A DNA stretch of 64,000 nucleotides from the NCBI GenBank assembly GCA_003693705.1, contig RBZT01000623.1, positions 207,671 through 271,670 of the forward strand, read 5' to 3'. Positions 1 to 12,370 of the stretch are shown here, in pieces; within the stretch, counting starts at the first letter, position 1, and the number at the start of each line of letters is the position of its first letter. Under the pieces are notes generated by a model, which saw only the letters and a program-made list of their open reading frames with translations, was not told the DNA's origin and ran no database searches. Made by a program: the position numbers and the translations under genes. This stretch comes from Polymyxa betae A26-41. Lineage: Eukaryota > Protista > Endomyxa: Phytomyxea.

Positions 1-25
1 ATAGAATGACGACACAGGGTATTTT

Positions 26-2066
26 TTATAATTCGTCTTTCTCAGAAAATGGTTGGAGAAATTTGCTTTGATTAATATCAACAGATTTGGCGCTTTGTTG
101 TGATCGATTGGATATATCTTGGAGCGCATCTGTAACCGCCTGCCGGTCATCCGGAGTTAAGGTTCGGGTATGGTCCAAAATGAACTGCGAGATTGCAGTA
201 AAGGTGTAGGGCCCTCCATACGATATGGGTTTGGAGGGATTTCCCGCTGGATAGAAGAAAGCAGCTGGAAAGTGAATAAAATCGAGAGCAACGTCATTTA
301 AAGAGCCATCGATCTCGACAATCAAAACAGATGAATGGTTCTGGAAGATTTCAGCAACAGTCAATACTTGGGGATCAACCACTTTACATGCGCCACACCT
401 GAACAAGTTCAGCGAATCATGGAATTAAGACCACATAAACGTCACCAGGATTTGGATGTAACGATGACAAATGCATCTTTCGATTTATCAGAAATAATCT
501 CCATGTAGTTTTCACCAACAGCGCGAATTAACGGTCCAGACGTGAAAGGTAATGGTCGCTCTGATCTCACGTGAGGCTGGACTTGCCTCGTCAAGACCTA
601 TCGAATCCATTGAGATCAACAAGACCAAACTTTTGGCGATTAGACAGACTTTTGTAATCCATATAGAAAGATTATCGTCATCAAACGGCTGATCAGCTGG
701 ATAGACGAACTTGACTGATGAAGCGATATTGTCTACAACTATACCCGGCCTGGCATTACAAGGTTTTCAGCTTGCAATTAAAACAGATTGGCGATTTTGA
801 CAACCAAGAGAAATCCAGCCCAAGGTTAACAGCATGGTTGCCATTTTCAACTGCATCAAGCCACACCCACGACAGTTCCGATCTCGACTTCCTGGCAACT
901 TTCTGAAGAGAGATTTGGCGTTATATAATTGTTAGAAGCAACAAAATTAACCTTCAAAATCTCTAAATAGTCATATCTCTTGTCATCGGCTGCCAGAAAA
1001 CACCAAACAATTGGAAGACCGCGATCGAAGTAAACTAGTTGATCAAGAATCAGTGTTACGCAGCAGAATGGAGTGATGTTTGACAAACCTGAGTAATTGT
1101 CTGGGTTAATGTGGCTGATAGAAGGATATCTTTCCACATTGATGAAGTCTTGCAGAGAAATCGTGGAAATTTCTTTCTTTAAATATAAAACCTAAGGTAG
1201 AGCGGCATAATTAACGACGTCAGCTCCCTATAGAGCGATACATACAGGGTCAGAGCGCAACGTTGTGTAAAGTAGTACGACAGAATTTTGGTCTTCAGTC
1301 AGTTCAGTGCCGATTTCGCTCAAGACCGACATCGGTGCATAAGCGAAAGTTGTATTCGTTCGTAGATGAGTTGCAGCTGCGGCAAACTCAACAAACGAGT
1401 CGCTGCCGTCTGCATTCAGAAACATAACCATCGACTCGCTTGTAGCCATTAGCAAAAAAGTCATGACTAGCGGAGGCACTAACTTAAATGTCGCGACAAA
1501 TTGGTTGAGATCATCGGCCGTTTGCAAATTTGCCAGGGTAGGGCCAGTTAATCGTCGAATATTGAAAACAATGGCTTTGAGGGTTTAAGATCAACAGCTT
1601 CAATCAACGTCACACAATTCACCTTCCCGGTCGTAGTTGCCATAATAATCGATGACTGTTGTAGAATCAAAAAACTTTAAGCACGGATAGTTCAAGGGAA
1701 CGTTGAAAGAATCGCATAAGTCTCTGGAGCTGGTACAGTTGATAGCTGATTGACCGATGAATATCGAATAAACCGAGAGTAGCAAGTCATTACTAGCTAT
1801 TGCAATCTCGTGATCTTCAATATATTTCGAAGCGTCTGTTAGTTCGGCTAGAACACGATTACAATCAGGGCACGATTGTTGCTCTCGCCTAAAATACTAT
1901 TTGAAATCATACAAAAGCGACAGGTCGCCTTCAAAATATCGCATACTGTCAAAACATATCGATGTTCCTGAATCAGTTGGTTAAGCTCCTGACTGCTACT
2001 TGGATTTTGAATCTGATTGGCGGCCACATTCGATAGCACGAGACAGACCACGATGGCAGTGAGCAT
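26..2066 (-). CDS. Protein disulfide isomerase family protein (multi-exon, a-b-b'-a' type), ER luminal
   Basis: Signal peptide MLTAIVVCLVLSNVAA. After splicing, the first thioredoxin domain has SCPDC (1872-1861) and the last has W|CGACK (intron ~400-446). PDI-like segments YPCLKFF/YYGNYDR and FPAAFFYPAG...PISYGG; C-terminal KDEL. Confidence 0.88.
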
Positions 2067-2311
2067 TGGCCAGACGATGCTCTCACGATCTCGCTATCAT
2101 GGGCTGTGAAGCAAAACTAAACAACAATGATATAAGCAGGTTCCGCTTTGTCTGTACCGTTACTGTATGAGGATTAGAGGATAGGTCGGTGTCCGCGTTT
2201 TTGTGGGGCAAGTCATTCTGAGGAAGGGCCGAGCGCCGACTCGGATATCGTTACTATCGAGCTGGAAAGGCCAACAGACAGACAGCGCATGTTGTTGTCA
2301 TTCAGGTCGTC

Positions 2312-2593
2312 ATGAGTACAGCCACAAGGACAGGGGATCAGATCCCACTCCCTCCATTCTCTAATCTCGAATCACTCATATCACAGACGGCGCCAGCCAC
2401 ACCCAACAATCTGCAGGTCCAGGTCGCCGGCGTCAGAAGAGAATGCGATCAGTTGAAATCGGTGCTGAAATCGCCCGTCTTCGCATATCAGATCCCTGAT
2501 AAAATGTGCTAGGTGAGAGATTCCATAATCTCTGAGATCCATCGCGTCCAAGGATTGCTTCAGGAAGCCTATAATCAGCAACAGTATTCCTAA
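2312..2593 (+). CDS. Small hypothetical protein (~76 aa, two exons, short coiled coil)
   Basis: ATG at 2312. A putative 51-nt GT-AG intron at 2462-2512 removes the stop and gives ...CDQLKS|VRDSIISEIHRVQGLLQEAYNQQQYS*. No recognisable family. Confidence 0.45.
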
Positions 2594-2850
2594 TTCTGCG
2601 TATTGCCAGTGACTCTTTTAACTAACTTTATAGGACTTTATTGACTAAGCTGAACAGACTGAACAAAAGCGAATCGAACAGGAATGGTTCCACTTACGAA
2701 TAAAGTTACTATTTCCATCAAGTAGGGAGAACCCCCAGGAGATGCTGTTTCATCATTTCATTTAGCGAACAAAAAAATCGGAACTCTGGCCGGTGATCGC
2801 GTGCCTTGTTTTACTTATCTGCCGATATCTGTTGATTTGATTATGCTTCT

Positions 2851-5800
2851 ATGCCGGAACTGGACTTAACTGTATCCAATAACAGCAACACTAGACAGCT
2901 TCTTAGCGATGTTCTATCGAATATTAAGCTGGCCCTACGCCATGAAATTCAGCAACGTCGGCAGTTGCAAAATGAGCTGAATGACATGAACCAAATCGTT
3001 CATAAACATGATTATTTGATACGTGAAGGAGCTTCAAAGCAGGGACCAGTGGCAGCCCTCTCACAACATCAAGTTAATAAGTTGAAATCCTGCTTTATCA
3101 TAATTAATTCTTTCTTTTCAGGATATGCGAACGGTTTTAAGTGAAATAGCTGTGCTAAAAGAGCAGGTCTTCATCTTGAAGATGGATTTAGCCAATAATA
3201 GGCACCAATCGCAGTCCTCTACACCTAATAATTTAGTATTGAGGCTGTCGGATGATGTCCAAAATCTAAAGCGTGCGAACTCTTACACCAAGCAATTGGG
3301 CGATGGCGTAGCCCCCCATCTGGGGCCACATTTGGATCGGAATGCTTTGGCACTTCGATCGGTAATGGATTATATTTCCGAATTTCAGCAAGAATTTGGG
3401 AAGATGCGGTCCAGGTTGAATCAGATCGATGAGAAGTTGGTTCGCGACCCCGATCGTTCAATGAGGCAGTCAATTCTAGAAGAGGTTCGTCAGATGATTT
3501 CATCAGATCAGCCAAAGCTTGATCGCGTCCTGGATTCTCTTCGAATCAATCAAAGAACAGAGCATGATCAGATCGCCCAGCTGAGCCGATCTCAAGAGAG
3601 GTTATTAGGAGATGTGAACAATCGGTATCAGATCACAGAGGGGCAACTGGACCAATTTCAGAAAGACATTACTAATCGATTGCTGGGTTTGGAATCTGTA
3701 CTTCGCGCTGAAATTCGGTCGCGAAAGAGTGCCAATAAGGATATACACTCAGAAATCGTTCACCTAAACGAACATATTCTACAGCGTCTTCATGAATCAC
3801 AATCAAAGTGCTGGGAACAAGTGTCTTCCATCGCCGATAACTTGTCGAGTTTAAAGAACGTGTATCGGTCGGATGCCGAGCGATGGACCAAGGATTATCA
3901 CGATTTGTCAAACTCGACGACAGATTCCCTGTCGTGTTTATCGATGCGATTTCAGAAACAACAGCAGGCCGAGGGGAAAGCCATTGCTGATTTAAAAACG
4001 GATATTCAAGACAGTTTCCTTCATCTTGAACGTCATTATAGCCAGTTGTTCGAAGACCAAAAAAGGAGTCGTTCGGAATGGGAAGCTGATAACACTAAAC
4101 AAATGCAGAATATCAGTAAAGCGCTGTCTTCCGATATTAAGGCATTTTCAGACCAGATCAGCAAGAATAAACTGAACATCGACCAGGTTGGTAAACACAT
4201 TGATGCAGAGATTCGGAATCGAATTGAATCGATTGAGATGCTAAGATCACAAGCTCAGCGATTTGATGATGACTTAAGGAAGGAGTGTGTTAGCCAAAAC
4301 GAATCATTAAATATAATGCTGATGTCGTTATCCGATCAAGCAAATGTCGATCGGGCCGAGTTCAAGCAATCGATACAAAACGTCGAGAAGAAACTTTCGA
4401 AAGAAATTGGCTCTCAAAAAGCTCAGGTCGACTCTGACATCACTACCGTCGATCATCGAATACGCCAATTTATTGACGAGAAGCTCTATCTGATTAATGG
4501 TACTCTGGACCAGATGAGCAATGCACTCGATGAACAGCAAAAGAATCTGGAAGACTCCTCCAAATCTTTATCAGTCCAAATAGCAGATGTCGACGACAAG
4601 CACAGTAAAGAATCAGCTCGTCTCGAGCATTATTTATCTAACGACGCTCGAATGCTGAGTCAAACTCAAAACAAACTTGCTACGAGATTGGTATCGATTG
4701 AAAGTCATATCCAACAAAATTCGGACGACCTCAAGGCTGAGATTAGTACGCAGAGCGATTCTCTGCACATGAAGATGAAAGACCTCAGTCTGACTTTTAA
4801 TGACAATTTAACGCAGAACGCTATCAACGAACATGTCAAAAGCGTTCTAGGTTCCATTCAAGATGCAGTACAACAGCAATCTGATCGGTCAGATCGGGAC
4901 CTAAAGCAGATACGTCTCGACCATGAAGCGCTCGTTTCTGAATCATCCTCACATCGCCTTCACCTTAATGAAGTCGTTGAGCAAGAAGTCAGGATGCGGG
5001 AATCGTGCGTCACGCAGCTCAATGAAACGATTGCCGATCTCAGCAAAACAACCCGATCTGATATTGATAAGAATAGGGCGGACGTGGATAAATGCTGTGA
5101 ATTGATTCGAGAGACAGCAGATCTATTGAAAGATCGGATGAGATCCGACCACGAAACCGAGTTGGCTGCGGTGACAAATTTAAGCGGGGAACTGATGCAG
5201 CTGAACCAAACCATACGCAACGAGGCTGATAACCGACAACGCGATCAGGAAAGGCTTTGCGATCAGCTTAACATTCTGAAAGAGCAGTTTGATGCCGAAC
5301 GACAACACGTTCATCAATCACTTCAGCATCAATCAACTCAATGCAAATCAGATATCTCGGAATTGTCTGCGGCGATGTCGGTCTCCAAGCAAGCCCTAGC
5401 CAATTTGGAAACTCAACAACACAGAGCGCTCGACGAAACCAATCAGTTGGTTTTGAGTAAAATTGAAGCGTTATCCAAGTCGATTGAAAGCGGTGCAAAC
5501 TCTCAATCTGATGAGAATAGGCGAATTCACAGCAAAGTTCAAGAGCTGAACAATAGCAGCGACGATCACGGTAAACGCCTTGATGCAATATCGGCAGATT
5601 TAAGCACCATCAATGTATCGGTTGCTAATCATCAGCAAAACCAAAACGACCTCCGCCAAGCAGTTCAAGAAATCCGAACAAAGATGGAAGAACAATCAAG
5701 TACTCTCAATGAGAATCTGAACATGTCTTCCAAAGCATTGCATGATCAACTTATGGAGCAGTCGTATATGATCGATAGTTCGGTTAAGGAAGTCCGATTA

Positions 5801-7699
5801 CAGTTGCAGGAGCATCAGCAAAATTTTTCGTTCGTTGCTGAGGAAATCAAGAAAATAACCGAGGACAGTTTGAAGCTAAATTCAGAAACACGCGAATTGT
5901 TCCAACAAGAACTTTCTTCGATACGAGCTGATATCAGTAGAGAGCAGGAACGTATCTTAGAATCAGATAAAAACCTGATGTCATTCCGACAACAACTAGA
6001 CAGCCAAATTAAGCAGCTGAATAGTGAAGGAGAGACCGGTCGGGACGCCAGGAGTCAGCTACATGAACGATTTAGTGAATACCAAGATCAGAATGAAAGG
6101 TTAATTTCAGAGCTCAAGGGACAAATGCAGAACCAGATTACAACCTGCGATCAGCTGCGACGAGATCTGGGACAGACCAGGTCTTTGTTGACCCAGAACG
6201 AGTCTACGCTTAATCAAACGCTGCAAGATAGAATGACGGAATCCAGCCGACGAACTGATGAACGGATCGAGCAGGTTATGGCTACGATGAAGCAGAACAC
6301 TGATGAAGTCGATAAGAAGATTGTTGATCAGGATGCTTCTATTTCAAATGTTTACCATCAATGTCAGGATGTTCAAAGCAAAACCGAATCTGCTTTAAAG
6401 CAGCTCTCAAATGATCTTGGCCAGAAAATCGATCAGGCAATTAATGACTTCGAGTCGGACCTGACAGGCAAATGTGAAGCACTCGAGATATTGACGAAAG
6501 GCATTGACAGATTGGATGTATTGCAAAAGGCAATGCAAGTCAGATCTGATGAGAGCATCAAAGAAATGAATTCCAAATTCAGCAAAATCTTGGACATCAA
6601 TAAGGACAACTTTAGGTCCCAACAGCAACAAGTTGAGCAAACGCTGCTGAAACATGGAGGCGAACAGAAAGAAATGCAGAGTCAGTTTAGTGAATTGTCA
6701 AAAAAGCTCTCCGAAGTTCAGAAAGACTCTCAAATTATTGCGAGCCAGATCAAAGCGATCGATGATGGTCTGGTCCAGAACCGATCTAGGTGCTCAAACT
6801 TACAAGACGATCTACAGGCTGTGAAGAATTCGGCTTCCGAGCAACTGCAAGCTGCTCAAACAGAGATAGCAAAACTTACCGAGCAGGGGGAAGCTTTGAA
6901 TCAGGCAGTCAACGAAGTGAAGCAGACACAATCTTCACGTTTAATGAAGCTTGACGATTTCAGCGAACGAATGGAGAGAAGTATCGCGGATTTAGGCAGC
7001 AAGTCAGAAAAAACTGAAGCAGCGCTTGCCGATATGAAATCGCATTCTTCCATACAATTTGATCAAATGCGGGATGAAGTGCAGATGGAAATCCTATCGA
7101 CAACCAATTCATTGTCCGAGATACGAAAGGTAACCGATTCGTATTCGGCAAATCTGTCTCAGCTTAAACTGGATCTTAACACTCTGTCAACATCAACGTC
7201 AAAGGTTTCAGAATGTCAGGAAGGCCTAAAGAACTGCACAAACACAATCGAGATGATCCGCGAACGTAGCGAAGCGCAGTACCAGGAGAGCATAAAAACA
7301 TCCATGAATGTTCTTGAGAAGTTCCGGGAGCAGTTAAATGATCAAGAACGCAAGACTGAAGAATTCAGGAAACGGGACGAGTCCATGATGGATATGAAAA
7401 TTAGTAGCATTCGTGAACAAATCGAAATGGAGATTCTGACGATGACAACGACTGTGAATTCACTCGACAAACAAGTCAAATCACTATTGGCAACTACCAT
7501 TACCAACGACAAGCTGGACGCTGCGGTTCAGTCCAGCAGGACTGCCATAGATGGATCAATAGACTCGAAGCTTCGTATGCAGAGCGCCGCCCGCAAGACT
7601 CTTGAGGATAGCATCAATGCAGCACAAACATCATTGAACGAGGTCAAAGCTGACATTGTCCAGATACGGCAGCGTCTCGATCAAACACCAAGACCATAA
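2851..7699 (+). CDS. Large coiled-coil protein (~1600 aa)
   Basis: Exon 2851-3072 joins a 4.6 kb exon via intron 3073-3121. Continuous Q/E/L/S/D-rich heptad pattern with no globular domain recognised. Confidence 0.8.
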
Positions 7700-7775
7700 T
7701 AATTATGAAATACTGTCAAAGGTTTCTATTACCTTTAGAACAATCTTTACGTTGGGTCAGGTAGCTTTTATTTAC

Positions 7776-8642
7776 TTAGTTTCCTTCGCGTACATAAATC
7801 AGGGAGCGGCCCATGCTGTCCACAGATTCGCTTTGCAATCGGCTCGTCAATGTTGGACTTCGCCTTTGGCCTTCAGCATTGTTAGACCATGTTTGCGACA
7901 GCGTCGCTCGTGGCTCAGGTTCTGCCTCGCCTTGCCTCAATGTAATCCTGCCCAACGATGACGTCATCTGCAGTCGTGGCGTCAAGGTTCGGAATCGGCT
8001 CAGCGGGTTCACCAGGTCGCAAGGCGACGCTTCGATGAGAGGACCGAACGATCTCGACGAAAGCGATGATGGTGCCCAATCGAGAAAGGCGCCGGATCGG
8101 TTGGTGATTTGAGCGGAGAGGTATGCGCTGGTAGCGCTGGCAGCCGTCAACAAAGTCGGTGGAGACGGCGCTGCGACGTCAGGATCCGGCTCTCCTTCAA
8201 CAATCGTGAACTGATCGTCTAGCGTTGCCACTAGATCGTCGGTGATTGAATCTGAGGCGCAGCTCAGGTCGTCGTTGTCGTAGACGGCGCTGTTAATCAA
8301 TTCATCAAGTTCCGGATCACCAGTTTGGTAATCGCCATAGTCGTCATTGATATCATCATCGCTGCAGCTCTTCTCGTCATCATCATCAGCATTATTATCC
8401 GTATCGGTCGGTAATCGAGCAGCAAACGAGTCACAGACAGTCATCGCCAGCGGCGTCGTCAATTGTGACCATTGTGTGGTAAAGTGATCAGGGCGAATCA
8501 GAGCGACATCTGTGGTGGGTTCTGTCGATGGAGTTTCTCCGATATGCTGAACATCGGTCTGGATGGCCGTGCTACTACATAGCACCTGAGGGTGCCGTGA
8601 TGAAGGTAGAGCAGCAACACGATCGACTGCACACATCATCAT
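7776..8642 (-). CDS. Hypothetical acidic/low-complexity protein
   Basis: 327-codon open frame, probable start at MMMCAV (8642). D-rich tract (DDDDEKSCSDDDINDDY) and S/T/P-rich regions. No family recognised. Confidence 0.55.
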   Translation of the reverse strand: MMMCAVDRVAALPSSRHPQVLCSSTAIQTDVQHIGETPSTEPTTDVALIRPDHFTTQWSQLTTPLAMTVCDSFAARLPTDTDNNADDDDEKSCSDDDINDDYGDYQTGDPELDELINSAVYDNDDLSCASDSITDDLVATLDDQFTIVEGEPDPDVAAPSPPTLLTAASATSAYLSAQITNRSGAFLDWAPSSLSSRSFGPLIEASPCDLVNPLSRFRTLTPRLQMTSSLGRITLRQGEAEPEPRATLSQTWSNNAEGQRRSPTLTSRLQSESVDSMGRSLIYVREGN

Positions 8643-8742
8643 GAATTTAGGTGATGGGTAGCACGACCCGAAAGTTGTGGTGACGCGTGCCAGATGACGA
8701 CAGTCTTCATTAAAGGGAAATATTTTTTTAGTTGATGACAAT

Positions 8743-9030
8743 TTAGAAGATGTCGGCAACCAGACCGTTGTCGGCGGCCAGCTTGTTCAACCAGGCATCA
8801 GATTCAGCCTTGGATCGGATGAAACCTGAGAATGCGAATGTCTGGAAAGTGCCGGTGTAGACGCCGTTGTCGTCGACGTCACCGATGTTGATCTGAACGC
8901 TGGCGTGATCCTTGGCCGTGATCATGCGGTTTGTGGCCGAGCTACAAACACGTCAGCCTGGATTAAAGAACATCATCGTCGTGCGGTCGTACCATTTACG
9001 GGGCTTGTACTGAGCGATTTCGATGGCCAT
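8743..9030 (-). CDS. RPS21: 40S ribosomal protein S21 (eS21)
   Basis: Spliced product MAIEIAQYKPRK|CSATNRMITAKDHASVQINIG carries the eS21 signature PRKCS.TNR.I.AKDHASVQIN. One ~50-nt intron. Confidence 0.95.
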
Positions 9031-9217
9031 GGCTGTGGTGAGAGATATTCAAGACGAGCAGAATCAGCAATCAGCGATGAAGAAAAATTGCGGTAACATG
9101 ACGGAGGCTGCGCCACGACAATGTTTAGGGGCATCGCCTATTAGAGAGAGTCCGTGCGGGGTCCGTCACGCATCACAACCTGCTTCTAACAAATCTACTT
9201 GTTCCCGTCGAGACGCG
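9031..9217. promoter_or_regulatory. Probable bidirectional promoter shared by RPS21 and RPL9
   Basis: Only 187 bp separate the two divergent start codons, including both 5' UTRs. Confidence 0.6.
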
Positions 9218-9838
9218 ATGAAGACCATCCAGACCAAGCGGGTCGTTGACATCCCCGAGGGAGGTTAGCAATGCATCGGACGTCGTCGTTATAGTCGTTA
9301 ACCAGTGCTTGTTGTAGTCAAGCTGAACGTGAAATCGCGCCTGGTGACTGTTGAAGGTCCCCGTGGCAAGCTCCAGCGTGATTTCAGCCATGTTAAGGTT
9401 GATTTGCGTATGCTGCCCAACGGCCGCCAGCTCCAGGCCGAGCTGTGGTTCGGAAACCGCAAGGCTATCGCCACTATCCGATCGGTCACATCTCACATTG
9501 AGAACATGATCAAAGGCGTCACTCGTGGATTCCAGTACAAGATGCGTCTGGTCTATGCCCACTTCCCTATCAACGTCTCCATTGAGAACGATGGCTCTAT
9601 GATCATGATTCGTAACTTCTTGGGCGAGAAGATCGTCCGTGAAGTCCTCATGGCTGATGGCGTCCAGTGCATTCGTAGCGGCGATGTCAAGGATCAGCTC
9701 GTCCTGACCGGTAACAATGTCGACAACGTCGGCCAGAGCGCTGCTCGTATCCACCAGTCTTGCCTCGTTAAGAACAAGGATATCCGAAAGTTCTTGGATG
9801 GTATCTATGTCTCCCAGACCGGTTTCGCTGATGAATAA
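9218..9838 (+). CDS. RPL9: 60S ribosomal protein L9 (uL6)
   Basis: MKTIQTKRVVDIPEG|VKLNVKSRLVTVEGPRGKL...YKMRLVYAHFPIN...KNKDIRKFLDGIYVS. Intron 9264-9317. Confidence 0.97.
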
Positions 9839-9911
9839 ATCACATAATCGTTTTACCTTAGATATTGTATTAAATTACATTGTTGGAAATAGAGGAAATG
9901 GATATTCTAAT

Positions 9912-11765
9912 TTAATGCATGCCGATATGCTTTTTCCACTCTGGATGTTGTTCTCGCCATTGCAGGCAATAAAGCAGATCTTGCCGTTGACAGGTCGGCT
10001 GTAATTTCGCCACATAGCGCAGCTCGTAATCACTCCAAGAATTGAGGTTATGACACATGTTAGTGAAGTTCAAGTGTGGCTTGAGACAAACCATATCCGG
10101 TCCCATAGTAGGGCCTGAGTACAGTTTGACAGGAGCGGCTTCAAGAGCCTGGAAGCCGCCGTTCTGCGCCGCTGCGGCTTGCTGTGTGAATTGTTCAGGA
10201 TCGGCCTTGAAGCTTTCCACATTCTCAATTGTACATGTCGTCCATCTAGGATCAAACCATTCGATGGACATAGGGTTGCTGAGAATGTGTAGATTATCAT
10301 ATTCGTAGCCTAAACTACGCCAATCATGCATCTGGATAGGAGCAACCTGATCATCTCTATGAGCCAGCCTGAACGTCATTGGGCTCAGATAATCGGTGTC
10401 GACAGGGGTGCCTAATGAACCGGTCTCGATACCGCCTGTGAAGGCATTCGTGTTGGATCGAACGCTGGCTGGAGGGATCATATCATAATCGTGGCAGTCT
10501 TGCCACATCGACCAGATCATATCAATGAAAGAGTGATGCACCAAGAAAAGCGGCTCATCAGCTGAATTATCCAACACCATAGTTCCACCAATGAATCTGT
10601 GAACTGTGTCGTGAAACAGTTCGATGGCCCGTGAGAAGTCGCGGAATCGATCATTGCTTGCGATGGCGTTCAGCACCTCTTCGCGCGTGGCAAAAAATCC
10701 GGCTCCATTCAGATCACGCTGAAGACAATTGTCGCCAAGAATCGGCCAAGTAAATCGTCCAGAGCGAACACACTTCTTGCCATCACCGAGATCGACACCG
10801 TTACCACCGAACCAATCATCTGTAAAGACAAATGACCGAGTCGGGTCCGCTGCATCCATCGTCCAATCCCAGAATGGAATTCCAATACAGTTACATTCGG
10901 GAGATACGGAATGAATCGCCTCTTCCATCATCATGAGGTATTGACGATGCCATGGCAAAAATCCATCTGTAAAATGGGCATAGTTGAAGTTGACCTTGTC
11001 AGCATGTATCCACATCATCTCGGCATAGACACCAGACTTGTGCATTTCTTCCAAAGCGAAAAAGAACAGGTCTCGTTCTTGGGGGGAGAGGTTACGCAGG
11101 TCCTTGCGAACAATTGGTTGTGGGCAAGGAACGATTCTTTGGCATCCACCAGGACGAGAACTGTCGCCGGTGTAACCAAGAGGGCATCGGGAGCATCGAT
11201 GGGCGCCGGTTTCGTCTTCAATGCAAGTGGCCTCAGCAGCGCACGGATTCGGGTTGCAAACACCTTTGACTTCTACGACAGTGAAATCCAGCTCGAAACC
11301 TTGCTCTTCAGCAACAGCATTGCCAACACCGAATTCGCTGGAGCGGAATTCGACACGGAATCCGGCTTCGCTGGCAGAATGGATAACGCCCGGCATATAC
11401 GTGCCTGTCAACCTCTGAATAGGAACGGTTTGGCTAACGGCGTCATCAAAGATCCAGACAAAGTCTTCACCAGACATCATTTGGAAAGAACGAAACTGAA
11501 GTTTAACACGACGTGGACGACCTGATCCAGCTGATGCAGGTGGTTGAACTAACCATTCACACCAGGTGTTAGATCGGACACCACCAGGACCATCAGAAAT
11601 GGTGCCCAGCTGTGCTGAGGCCGTCTCGGTTGTTTTCACTCCATTAACACTATTACAACTCCAGACTTGGCGCTGGGCGGCGGATTGAGATATAAACAGT
11701 AGGAATAATGTTAGGAAAGGCAGGAGAAGAACTGATGGCTGAAATTGAAACCCAACCAGTTTCAT
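9912..11765 (-). CDS. Secreted tyrosinase (type-3 copper) with N-terminal CUB and EGF-like domains
   Basis: Signal peptide. CUB motifs (CEWLV..VKLQFRSFQM...DFVWIFD...GFELDF). EGF (CNPNPC...C...CPLGYTG). CuA H...AH..GFLPWHR and CuB HDTVH..IGG...FLVHH. Single exon, 617 aa. Confidence 0.9.
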   Translation of the reverse strand: MKLVGFQFQPSVLLLPFLTLFLLFISQSAAQRQVWSCNSVNGVKTTETASAQLGTISDGPGGVRSNTWCEWLVQPPASAGSGRPRRVKLQFRSFQMMSGEDFVWIFDDAVSQTVPIQRLTGTYMPGVIHSASEAGFRVEFRSSEFGVGNAVAEEQGFELDFTVVEVKGVCNPNPCAAEATCIEDETGAHRCSRCPLGYTGDSSRPGGCQRIVPCPQPIVRKDLRNLSPQERDLFFFALEEMHKSGVYAEMMWIHADKVNFNYAHFTDGFLPWHRQYLMMMEEAIHSVSPECNCIGIPFWDWTMDAADPTRSFVFTDDWFGGNGVDLGDGKKCVRSGRFTWPILGDNCLQRDLNGAGFFATREEVLNAIASNDRFRDFSRAIELFHDTVHRFIGGTMVLDNSADEPLFLVHHSFIDMIWSMWQDCHDYDMIPPASVRSNTNAFTGGIETGSLGTPVDTDYLSPMTFRLAHRDDQVAPIQMHDWRSLGYEYDNLHILSNPMSIEWFDPRWTTCTIENVESFKADPEQFTQQAAAAQNGGFQALEAAPVKLYSGPTMGPDMVCLKPHLNFTNMCHNLNSWSDYELRYVAKLQPTCQRQDLLYCLQWREQHPEWKKHIGMH

Positions 11766-12370
11766 TGACGCTACCTTCGTCTTAATTTAGAAATAGATCC
11801 GTCTCACAATCATGAAGAGTCATCATGCCGACCTGAAGTTGAAGTTGACTCACGTTGGGTCAATTCGTGACATCAGTAAAATGTGGAGAGGTAATATTCT
11901 AATGAACTTGTGTGTAAACAACAACTCCTTCAGGAATTTGATAAGCCTTCTTGTCGAATAGCCACAAATCTCCATACAGTTTCCATACTGTTCCAGCTGC
12001 TGATTCAAGGACGGCGTCGGGCTTATGGTTGGCAAAGCTATTGTCTGAGATCGCTTGCAGGCTCGAAGATGGGACTTGGGACCTGTCCCAAACCTTTCTT
12101 AAACAATGTGAGAGACAAATGGGAGACAAATCTAACGATAGAGGTGTAAAGTGACGCTATGTAACGATAATGGCAGTTGATGCGATTTGAGAGGGTTCTG
12201 CAACGGCCCCTTTTAGCCAGTTTCATTCAGCAGACGCCTCATTTCGCTTTAGGCTTGCACGCCTTCGTCCGCAGTTTGTTATTCGCCGTCTCGTTTGTCG
12301 GCCTGGGCGCCGCCCCAGCCTGACTTTGTAGCCGGCACTGGCCCCAGAGCTATAAATCCCCGCTCAGCTC

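Noticed and set aside
3125-7699. Assigning the coiled-coil protein to myosin, SMC or a similar family
   Set aside because: No motor, ATPase or hinge motifs; any similarity would be generic heptad composition.
9173-9754. 193-aa ORF antisense to RPL9
   Set aside because: Shadow frame produced by the biased codon usage of a highly expressed gene.
10911-11525. 204-aa ORF antisense to the tyrosinase
   Set aside because: Lies wholly within a well-supported opposite-strand CDS and shows no motifs.
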